Shown piece by piece: positions 10,105 through 17,204 of a stretch of 40,124 nucleotides of DNA. The DNA comes from an uncultured Chitinophagaceae bacterium. GTDB taxonomy: Bacteria; Bacteroidota; Bacteroidia; Chitinophagales; LD1. How positions within the stretch are numbered: the stretch's first letter is position 1; each line of letters starts with the position of its first letter. The position numbers and the translations under genes were made by a program. The stretch is taken from the NCBI GenBank assembly GCA_964605875.1, contig CAZSEG010000001.1:28465-68588 (forward strand), written 5' to 3'. The notes beneath the pieces were generated by a model. It saw only the letters and a program-made list of their open reading frames with translations, did not search any database and was not told the DNA's origin.

Positions 10105-10140
10105 AAGCCGACTGCTAAATTTAGTAATCGGCTTTTTTAT
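10105..10140 (+). terminator. rho-independent terminator after ssb
   Basis: Stem AAAGCCGA (10105-10112) pairs with TCGGCTTT (10128-10135), followed by a T-run. Confidence 0.65.
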
Positions 10141-10291
10141 TTAATGTACTATTTGTCCGACTAACACATATAAATTGTTGATACTCAAATACAAACACAC
10201 CCCTACCCCTCTCAAGAGGGGAAAACAGCCAATGCAAGACACAGTAACGGTGTGAACATTTGATATTTTAGTCGGACAATAGTGTATTTAA
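10141..10291. repeat. MITE-like element or long stem-loop bounded by ~24 bp imperfect inverted repeats
   Basis: Left arm TTAATGTACTATTTGTCCGACTAA (10141-10164). Right arm TTAGTCGGACAATAGTGTATTTAA (10268-10291). About 20 of 24 positions are complementary in a by-eye alignment. An internal palindrome CCCCTC-TCAA-GAGGGG lies at 10206-10221. Confidence 0.45.
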
Positions 10292-10454
10292 TGCCTTTCA
10301 TTGACCGGAAAATATCAAGCCTTAAAACAACCTCCCTAAATAAATTAGAGTAAACACTTTGCAGGGCAGGCAGTTTTTATATTTTTGCGCTCCCCAAAAA
10401 ATCTATAGACGAAGATTTGGGTAAATAAAATGTTCTTTTAATCAACGAATATTC

Positions 10455-10542
10455 GGTGAGATGGGTGAGTGGCCGAAACCAACAGTTTGCTAAACTGTCG
10501 TACCTCAAAAGGGTACCGAGGGTTCGAATCCCTCTCTCACCG
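10455..10542 (+). tRNA. tRNA-Ser (anticodon GCT)
   Basis: Manual cloverleaf: acceptor GGTGAGA/TCTCACC, anticodon arm ACAGT-TTGCTAA-ACTGT, long variable arm GTACC..GGTAC, T-arm GAGGG-TTCGAAT-CCCTC, discriminator G. No encoded CCA. Confidence 0.9.
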
Positions 10543-10590
10543 CTGCGAAAGCGGAAAGGTTCCAAATCCTTTTAAAAAATTTGAAAAGTT

Positions 10591-10654
10591 CGGAGTGTAG
10601 CGCAGGTCGGTAGCGCATCCCGATTAGGAATCGGGAGGGTCGCAGGTTTCCTGC
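10591..10654 (+). pseudogene. tRNA-like pseudo-unit 1 (truncated T-loop, no 3' acceptor strand)
   Basis: The 5' acceptor (CGGAGTG) and D-arm (GCGC-AGGTCGGTA-GCGC) are nearly identical to the downstream tRNA-Pro. The anticodon arm differs (TCCCGA-TTAGGAA-TCGGGA). The T-arm is reduced to GCAGG-TTT-CCTGC and is followed by TTTCTTCTC instead of a complementary acceptor strand. Confidence 0.6.
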
Positions 10655-10681
10655 TTTCTTCTCAAAATACCGACATAAGTT

Positions 10682-10745
10682 CGGGGTGTAGCGCAAGTCG
10701 GTAGCGCATCCCGATTAGGAATCGGGAGGGTCGCAGGTTTCCTGC
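10682..10745 (+). pseudogene. tRNA-like pseudo-unit 2 (second 91-nt tandem copy)
   Basis: Same architecture as unit 1, offset by exactly 91 nt. Within the 64-nt tRNA-like units I see two differences (cggAgtg/cggGgtg and gcaGgtc/gcaAgtc), plus one more in the spacer that follows. Confidence 0.6.
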
Positions 10746-10772
10746 TTTCTTCTCAAAATACCGGCATAAGTT

Positions 10773-10847
10773 CGGGGTGTAGCGCAGCCCGGTTAGCGCA
10801 CCTGCTTTGGGAGCAGGGGGTCGCAGGTTCGAATCCTGCTACCCCGA
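10773..10847 (+). tRNA. tRNA-Pro (anticodon TGG)
   Basis: Manual cloverleaf: acceptor CGGGGTG/TACCCCG, D-arm GCGC..GCGC, anticodon arm CCTGC-TTTGGGA-GCAGG, T-arm GCAGG-TTCGAAT-CCTGC, discriminator A. Confidence 0.9.
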
Positions 10848-10857
10848 CACAGTAAAG

Positions 10858-10886
10858 AGCCTTCACGAAAGTGGAGGCTTTTTTTG
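10858..10886 (+). terminator. rho-independent terminator after the tRNA cluster
   Basis: AGCCTTCAC-GAAA-GTGGAGGCT hairpin followed by TTTTTTT. Confidence 0.7.
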
Positions 10887-10974
10887 TTCCCGATTGTTTT
10901 GAACCTCAAAAAACATTTCGTTTCTCAATAAAATTTTACTTTCACTTCATAATTCAATAACACAAATACAGAAC

Positions 10975-12204
10975 ATGAAAAATTTTACACTTAAAACAAT
11001 TGCTTTGGCGGTTGTTTCTTTATTCTACGCAAATGCAGGTGCGCAACTCTGCTCAGGCTCGGGAAGGTATTTTGATGACAACTACTTTCAGGACTTCGAT
11101 AAAACAACCGTTACTTATTCTACAACTTACAACCTTCAAATGGACATCTATCAGCCGCAGGGTGATACAGTTGCTCAACGTCCGGTAATTGTTCTGGCGC
11201 ATGGAGGCAGTTTCATCGGAGGCAGTAAAGCAGAGGCTACGGTAAGCACATTGGCGGAACGCTTTGCCAAGCGCGGTTATGTTACTGCTTCCATACAATA
11301 CAGATTAGGAAACATTATGGATATGCTTCAGGCGCAATCTGCTTATGATGTGGTGATAAAAGCGGTGAGCGATGGCAAAGCTGCCGTTAGATATTTCAGA
11401 AAAGATGCGGCAGACTCCAACAACTACCGCATCAACCCGAATTTAATTTTTGGAGGCGGCAACTCGGCAGGCGCGGTGTTGTTTGTACACTTAGGCTACA
11501 TTGACAGCGTGAATGAAGTTACCAATGCAGACATCAACACGGCATTAACCAACAATGGAGGAATAGACGGCAATAGCGGCAATGCGGGTTATTCCTCTGC
11601 AATCAGCGGCATTTTGAATCTTGCAGGCGGCATCAACGATACTTCATGGATTAGCGCAGGCAATATTCCAATGGCGAGTTTTCATGGAACTACCGACAAT
11701 GTTGTTCCTTACTATTGCGCGAATGCGCAGGGCGGTGTTACACCGGCTGTGTTGTGCGGCACAGGTGCTATGCAACCGCGCATTGAAAATCTGGGCATTG
11801 ATAACAACGTGCTGCTTTTTCCGGGAGACGGACACGTGCCATGGGAAAGCAATGCAGCAAAATTCAACAGCGTTGATTCTCTTTCAAAAGTATTTATGTA
11901 CCGCCAGATTTGTAAGGTGCTTGACGGTGGCGGAAATCCAAGCAGTATCAACAACGTGAAAGAAAACATCGGCATTTCTCTTTATCCGAATCCAAACAAC
12001 GGAAATTTCTTTGTGCGCGTTGATAAACTTGTCGAAAACACAACTTTGGAAATCTACAACCAAATGGGACAATTGGTGAAGCAACAAACGCTTTCCGATT
12101 TAATTTCACCGGTAAGTGTTGAAGGTTACAGAGCCGGAATTTATGCGGTGAGAATCACAGGCAACAACGGTTCTGCGGCAGTTTCAAGAATTATTATTCA
12201 GTAA
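10975..12204 (+). CDS. secreted alpha/beta hydrolase (carboxylesterase-like) with T9SS C-terminal sorting domain
   Basis: Signal peptide. 'VLAHGGSFIGG' (HGG oxyanion motif) and 'GGNSAGA' (GxSxG). C-terminal 'LYPNPNNGNFFV...GIYAVRI' Por/T9SS tail. Confidence 0.8.
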   Translation: MKNFTLKTIALAVVSLFYANAGAQLCSGSGRYFDDNYFQDFDKTTVTYSTTYNLQMDIYQPQGDTVAQRPVIVLAHGGSFIGGSKAEATVSTLAERFAKRGYVTASIQYRLGNIMDMLQAQSAYDVVIKAVSDGKAAVRYFRKDAADSNNYRINPNLIFGGGNSAGAVLFVHLGYIDSVNEVTNADINTALTNNGGIDGNSGNAGYSSAISGILNLAGGINDTSWISAGNIPMASFHGTTDNVVPYYCANAQGGVTPAVLCGTGAMQPRIENLGIDNNVLLFPGDGHVPWESNAAKFNSVDSLSKVFMYRQICKVLDGGGNPSSINNVKENIGISLYPNPNNGNFFVRVDKLVENTTLEIYNQMGQLVKQQTLSDLISPVSVEGYRAGIYAVRITGNNGSAAVSRIIIQ

Positions 12205-12224
12205 TAAATTGCTTTTGTTTTTTT

Positions 12225-12256
12225 AAAACCCGTGTCTTTGGCGCGGGTTTTTTATT
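12225..12256 (+). terminator. rho-independent terminator
   Basis: AAAACCCGTG...GCGCGGGTTTT hairpin followed by a T-run, just after the stop codon at 12204. Confidence 0.65.
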
Positions 12257-12276
12257 TTCGCCCGCTCCAAAAAACT

Positions 12277-12348
12277 GGTCTCATAGTTCAACGGATAGAA
12301 TAGAAGTTTCCTAAACTTTTGATACAGGTTCGATTCCTGTTGAGACCA
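12277..12348 (+). tRNA. tRNA-Arg (anticodon CCT)
   Basis: Manual cloverleaf: acceptor GGTCTCA/TGAGACC, anticodon arm GAAGT-TTCCTAA-ACTTT, T-arm ACAGG-TTCGATT-CCTGT, discriminator A. Confidence 0.85.
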
Positions 12349-12354
12349 CAAAAA

Positions 12355-12795
12355 TTAAACTGCGCTCTTCAGATATTTCGCATAAGCCTTCAGCCATTTA
12401 TCTTCTGCAATTGTCATGGCTGCTTTTTGCTCTTTGGTTTTATCTGATAAGCCTGTAAGATGCAATACGCCATGAAATAAAACGCGATGCAATTCATCAT
12501 CAAAACTTGCCTTTTGCTTTTTGGCATTATCCCAAACTCTATCCAAGCTGATGTAAATTTCGGCAACAGATTTTGTTGCTGTTTCTTCTAATGGAAAAGT
12601 AATAATGTCGGTGTAGTAATCGTGATTCAGAAATTGTTTGTTGATATTCAGCAAGTAATCATCGCTGCAAAAAACTACCGAAAGCGAAAGTTTCTTTTTA
12701 GTTGCTTTTACAAAACTATCCATCACAAACTTCTTTAGCGAAGTGAGTGATTTCAGTTTAAAATCAACATCGGCATAATGAAATGAAACAGGCAT
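12355..12795 (-). CDS. ybeY: rRNA maturation endoribonuclease YbeY
   Basis: Metal-binding motif 'HRVLFHGVLHLTGLSD' (H..HG.LHL.G..D/H). About 146 aa. Confidence 0.85.
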   Translation of the reverse strand: MPVSFHYADVDFKLKSLTSLKKFVMDSFVKATKKKLSLSVVFCSDDYLLNINKQFLNHDYYTDIITFPLEETATKSVAEIYISLDRVWDNAKKQKASFDDELHRVLFHGVLHLTGLSDKTKEQKAAMTIAEDKWLKAYAKYLKSAV

Positions 12796-12901
12796 TTTGA
12801 TTTACAGATTTACTATTTACGGATTTACTATTTCCTCCCACTGCCCACTGTCATGGTGAGCGAAGCCGAACCACTGCCTACTGTTCTCTGCTCTCTATTC
12901 T

Positions 12902-13300
12902 CTATGCTTTAAACTGCATTTCGCAGGTAGCTCCGTTGTCGGAGAAGATAACCAAATCAGCCAATTGCATGATAAGGAAAACTCCGCGACCGCTTGTTTT
13001 TTCAAGGTTTTCGGGGCTGGTCGGGTCGGGCAGATTGTTGTAATCAAATCCCGTACCTTCATCCTTTATGGTAAAAGAAATTACTTTATGCTTGGCATCA
13101 TGCTCGGCTGTGATAATTACCTGCTTGGATGCATCACCACCGTTGCCGTGCGTTATTGCATTGTTGGCAGCTTCGGTTAGGCAAACCAAAATATTGCCGT
13201 AAGCATCATCGCCAAATTGGTACGCTTCGCGCAATTGCTCAACGAAATTTTCAACCTGCGCTATGTTCTGAATCTGAGATGGAAATTGTAATGTCTTCAC
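12902..13300 (-). CDS. anti-sigma regulatory factor / RsbW-SpoIIAB-like serine kinase (HATPase_c_2)
   Basis: N-box 'EAANNAITHGN', G1 'DEGTGFD', G2 'GRGVFLI'. 132 aa. Confidence 0.7.
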   Translation of the reverse strand: MKTLQFPSQIQNIAQVENFVEQLREAYQFGDDAYGNILVCLTEAANNAITHGNGGDASKQVIITAEHDAKHKVISFTIKDEGTGFDYNNLPDPTSPENLEKTSGRGVFLIMQLADLVIFSDNGATCEMQFKA

Positions 13301-13445
13301 TATTTGAATTTAGTAATGGTGTGCTAAAATAGTTTAAGAAAGGATTTGCCCAAATAATCTTTTCAAACGGTGGTATTTTGTGTGTATAGAAAACAAAAAT
13401 GCCACCCCAAAAGGAATGACATTTTATGTTCAGAAAAGAAATGAA

Positions 13446-13646
13446 TTACTCTTCTGTGCAGCCTGAGCTGATAGCATTTGATTTGAATTGCTCCCAAGTT
13501 ACGCCATTGTGTTTTGAAGCGTCATAATCGCTTTCACAAGTTTTTGTCGCAATGCCGAGAACCGTACATTTAACGCAGCTTTTTTTGCAAGATTGTGCGC
13601 CTACTAAAATGGCAGCTACCGCTAAAATTGAAAATACTTTTTTCAT
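13446..13646 (-). CDS. small Cys-rich lipoprotein (hypothetical)
   Basis: ATG at 13646 gives MKKVFSILAVAAILVGAQSC (lipobox-like). The short mature part contains six Cys residues. Confidence 0.5.
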   Translation of the reverse strand: MKKVFSILAVAAILVGAQSCKKSCVKCTVLGIATKTCESDYDASKHNGVTWEQFKSNAISSGCTEE

Positions 13647-13759
13647 GATTGAAATTTTGGTTAATGAATGAACAAGGATAAATAGTTTTTGTGAATTAAC
13701 GAAAAGGTTCACAAAACCTTAACCTGTGCAAACACACAAAGAATACTATTTTCGGCACG

Positions 13760-16700
13760 ATGACTTGGAAGCTATACTCAACTATATTTTTCGCTTTCCT
13801 GTTTGCTTCGGTTTCGGCACAGGTGGCAGAAGATTTCAGCGATGGCGATTTCACCAACAATCCTGCATGGAACGGTGATGTCGCAAAATTTATTGTGAAC
13901 GCGAATTTTGAATTGCAAAGCAACGGCAATCCTTCGGCAGGCGATACTTTAGCTTTAACCACTTCAACAACTTTAATTGATTCGGTTGAATTTTTGTTTC
14001 GTGTAAAATTGGATTTCAACCCAAGTTCCGCCAATTACACACGCATTTATTTGGTAAGCGATAATGCAAACCTGCGCACAGCATTAAACGGCTATTATAT
14101 TCAATTGGGCGAAACAGGAAGCAGCGACACGATTAAAATTTTCAGGCAAACAGGAACTGCTTCTGCACTTGTATTTACGGGCAATGCAGAGATTATCGGC
14201 AGCACGACAAACGCTGTAAATATCACTTTTAGAATTACACGAAAGGCAGGCGGCAACTGGGAAGTTTATGCCGATAAAACAGGCGGCAACAATTATATTT
14301 TGTATGGAAGTTTTATCGAAAACACACATTCAACCACTGCGCATTTTGGCTTCTTTGGTCGCTACAATACTGTGTCGCGCTACAATATGTATCACTTTGA
14401 TGATGTAGTAATTCGTGAAATTGTTGGTGATACAACAAAGCCTTTAGTGCAAAGCGTGAGCATCGTTTCGCCAACGCAATTGGATGTATTGTTTTCGGAA
14501 AATATTGAAAATGTTTCCGCACAAACCACTGCAAATTATCCGGTGAATAACGGCATCGGAAATCCTTTATCTGCAACGGTTGATGGCGTGAATAAACGTT
14601 TGGTTCATCTAACATTTACAAATGCTTTAGTGAATGCCACCAACTATATTATTGCTATCAATAACGTAAAAGATTTGGCAGGCAATGTGATGGATGTGCA
14701 GAGCATTCCGTTCAGTTATTTTATTCCTTCAAAATATGATGTAATTATCAATGAACTTATGGCAGACCCCGACCCGAAAGTTGGTTTGCCTGCGGTTGAA
14801 TTTGTAGAGCTGCACAATCGCAGCGCGTTTGCCATCAATGTTGGCGGATGGAAATTTTCGGATGCTTCAACCACAATTACATTGCCTTCTGTTACCATTC
14901 CTGCCGATAGCTTTGCAGTGATTGTGCGCAACGATTCTGCGCCTTTGTTTCAGGCATTGGGCGCAATTACGATTGGCGTAAATTCATTACCTTCTTTGAA
15001 TAATGATAAGGATTCGCTTACGCTAAAAGATGCTGCGAACAATGTAATTCACGGTGTGGTTTACAGCGATACATGGTATGCCGATGCGGTGAAAAAAAAT
15101 GGCGGCTACACATTGGAGTTAATCAATCCGCAAAACCTTTGTTTGTTGGATGCCAACAATTGGATTGGCAGCAATGATGCCAATGGCGGCACACCGGGCA
15201 AAAGAAATTCTGTGTGGAATGTCAATCATGGAGGAACGTTTGCAGTTACTTCTGCGCAATTGATTTCGGCAAATACAGTGCATATTTTTTTCTCGCAATT
15301 GTTGGATAGCGCAAGCGCGGCAAATGCTTCAAACTATAATTTTGATAATGGTTTGAATGTTGCCAATGCGCAAATTGAAAACTCATTAAACTCGGTGTTG
15401 CTGACACTTTCGCAGCCGGTTGATTCATCTTTGAATTATACTTTAACCGTTCAAAATATTGCTAATTGCGGCAACGCAATTATTGCTGCGCCCAACAACA
15501 CCGCAACTATTTTAATTGCACAACCTGCTCAATATTTAGATGTGTTGATTAACGAAATTATGGCAGACCCCGACCCTGTGGTGCAGTTGCCCAACTTTGA
15601 ATACTTGGAATTATACAATCACAGCAACAAAGCAATCAATTTAAAAGATTGGAAATTGGGCAAACCGACCACGCAAACCGAAGCGAAATTTCCCGATGTG
15701 GTGATGTTGCCGAATACATATTTGGTGGTGTGCGGAACAAGCGCAGTGGCGGAATTTTCAAACTTCACGTATCCTGTTGGCGTTACAAGTTTTCCTTCGC
15801 TTACCAATTCGGGCGATAAAATTTATCTGAAAAATGCCGAAGGAAATTTGATTCATTATGTGGAATATTCCGACACTTGGTATAAGAGCAGCGTGAAGAA
15901 AAATGGCGGCTGGTCGCTGGAGTTGATGGATGTGAATAATCCATGCACGAACGAAGGCAACTGGGCGGAAAGCGAGAATCAAATTGGCGGAACTCCGGGC
16001 GTGAAAAATTCCGTTGCAAAAAATAATCCCGATGAATCGCTGCCGAATATTTTCCGCGCAGCTTTGACAAACAGCAACACGCTCGGCATTTCATTCACCG
16101 AAACTTTAGACAGCGCAACGGCAACCAATCCGAATTTTTATTTCATAAATAATGGTGTTGGAAATCCCGCGAGTGTTGAAGTTGTTTCGTTCGGATTTAA
16201 AAAAGTGTTGCTGCATTTCGCGCAGCCTTTTCAGCAGGGAATTATTTATTCGGTGCGCGTGAACGGTATCACCGATTGCGCGGGCAATTCCATAGGCATC
16301 AATGATACCGCGCGTTTTGCCGTGCCAGACACCATGAACCGCGAAGATATTATCATCAACGAAATTCTTTTTAACCCAAAAACTTCGGGCGTTGATTACA
16401 TGGAATTGTATAACCGCACACAAAAGATTTTTGATGTTTCAAAAATTGTGATTGAAGAGCGCGATGTGAATGAAACTTCAAAAATATTGGAAGCAAGCGA
16501 CACGCTCACCGATCCTTTGCTGATGTTCCCGAATGATTATTTGGTGTTTACAACCAATCCTGCAACCGTGTTGGCGCAGTATAATGTGAAGCATCCCGAA
16601 GCATTGATTACCTGCAAAAACTTTCCGAATTATCCTGACAATACAGGCATTGCGGTGGTGAAATTGTTCAACGGAATTACGATTGACAGTTTATATTTTT

Positions 16701-17191
16701 CAGACAAATGGCAATACGCTTTAATTGATGATAAAAACGGTGTTGCGCTCGAACGCATTGACTTCAACAAACCGACAAACGCGCAGAGCAACTGGCATTC
16801 TGCCGCAAGCGATATTGGTTTTGGCACACCAACATATTTAAACTCACAATTTTACAGCACGGGAATTTCTGACGATGCCATCACCATTGACCCCGAAGTG
16901 TTCACGCCAGATAATGACGGCATCAAAGACTTTACTTTAATCCGTTACCAATTTTCCGAAGCGGGTTATCGGGCTTCCATAAGAATTTATGATGCCGTTG
17001 GGCGTGAAATAAAATTCTTGGTAAAAGCCGAACTTTTAGGCGCGGAAGGCGAGTTCCAATGGGACGGCACAGACAACGATAATCAAAAAGCGCGCACGGG
17101 AATTTACACCGCGTTTGTTGAGATTTTCAACCTGCAAGGAAAGGTGAAAAGATTTAAGAAAAACGTAGTGTTGGGCGCGAGGTTGGATTGA
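13760..17191 (+). CDS. large secreted protein with three lamin-tail domains (LTD) and Ig-like spacers
   Basis: Signal peptide. Three LTD starts: 'VIINELMADPDP', 'VLINEIMADPDP', 'IIINEILFNPK', each followed by 'EFVELHN/EYLELYN/DYMELYN'. The C-terminal 'FTPDNDGIKDF...IRIYDAVGREI...GIYTAFVEI' is a FlgD-Ig/T9SS-like beta-sandwich. Confidence 0.75.
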   Translation: MTWKLYSTIFFAFLFASVSAQVAEDFSDGDFTNNPAWNGDVAKFIVNANFELQSNGNPSAGDTLALTTSTTLIDSVEFLFRVKLDFNPSSANYTRIYLVSDNANLRTALNGYYIQLGETGSSDTIKIFRQTGTASALVFTGNAEIIGSTTNAVNITFRITRKAGGNWEVYADKTGGNNYILYGSFIENTHSTTAHFGFFGRYNTVSRYNMYHFDDVVIREIVGDTTKPLVQSVSIVSPTQLDVLFSENIENVSAQTTANYPVNNGIGNPLSATVDGVNKRLVHLTFTNALVNATNYIIAINNVKDLAGNVMDVQSIPFSYFIPSKYDVIINELMADPDPKVGLPAVEFVELHNRSAFAINVGGWKFSDASTTITLPSVTIPADSFAVIVRNDSAPLFQALGAITIGVNSLPSLNNDKDSLTLKDAANNVIHGVVYSDTWYADAVKKNGGYTLELINPQNLCLLDANNWIGSNDANGGTPGKRNSVWNVNHGGTFAVTSAQLISANTVHIFFSQLLDSASAANASNYNFDNGLNVANAQIENSLNSVLLTLSQPVDSSLNYTLTVQNIANCGNAIIAAPNNTATILIAQPAQYLDVLINEIMADPDPVVQLPNFEYLELYNHSNKAINLKDWKLGKPTTQTEAKFPDVVMLPNTYLVVCGTSAVAEFSNFTYPVGVTSFPSLTNSGDKIYLKNAEGNLIHYVEYSDTWYKSSVKKNGGWSLELMDVNNPCTNEGNWAESENQIGGTPGVKNSVAKNNPDESLPNIFRAALTNSNTLGISFTETLDSATATNPNFYFINNGVGNPASVEVVSFGFKKVLLHFAQPFQQGIIYSVRVNGITDCAGNSIGINDTARFAVPDTMNREDIIINEILFNPKTSGVDYMELYNRTQKIFDVSKIVIEERDVNETSKILEASDTLTDPLLMFPNDYLVFTTNPATVLAQYNVKHPEALITCKNFPNYPDNTGIAVVKLFNGITIDSLYFSDKWQYALIDDKNGVALERIDFNKPTNAQSNWHSAASDIGFGTPTYLNSQFYSTGISDDAITIDPEVFTPDNDGIKDFTLIRYQFSEAGYRASIRIYDAVGREIKFLVKAELLGAEGEFQWDGTDNDNQKARTGIYTAFVEIFNLQGKVKRFKKNVVLGARLD

Positions 17192-17204
17192 GTTTTTCTA
17201 AACC

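Noticed and set aside
10380-10387. TATTTTTG matching the Bacteroidota -7 promoter consensus TAnnTTTG upstream of tRNA-Ser.
   Set aside because: It lies about 68 nt from the mature tRNA 5' end, and such octamers are frequent in AT-rich spacers. It cannot be supported without transcript mapping.
10377-10696. ORF-track entries 10377..10565 (-) and 10505..10696 (-).
   Set aside because: They lie antisense across tRNA-Ser and the tRNA-like units. tRNA structure explains the sequence. They are spurious.
13370-13408. Hairpin GGTGGTATTTTGT...ACAAAAATGCCACC downstream of the small lipoprotein gene.
   Set aside because: It is a plausible terminator stem, but it is not followed by a clear U-tract on the minus strand. 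Left uncalled.
13696-14034. 112-aa minus-strand ORF overlapping the start of the LTD protein gene and the end of the lipoprotein gene region.
   Set aside because: It overlaps the signal-peptide-encoding 5' end of a 1143-aa ORF in antisense and has no independent support.
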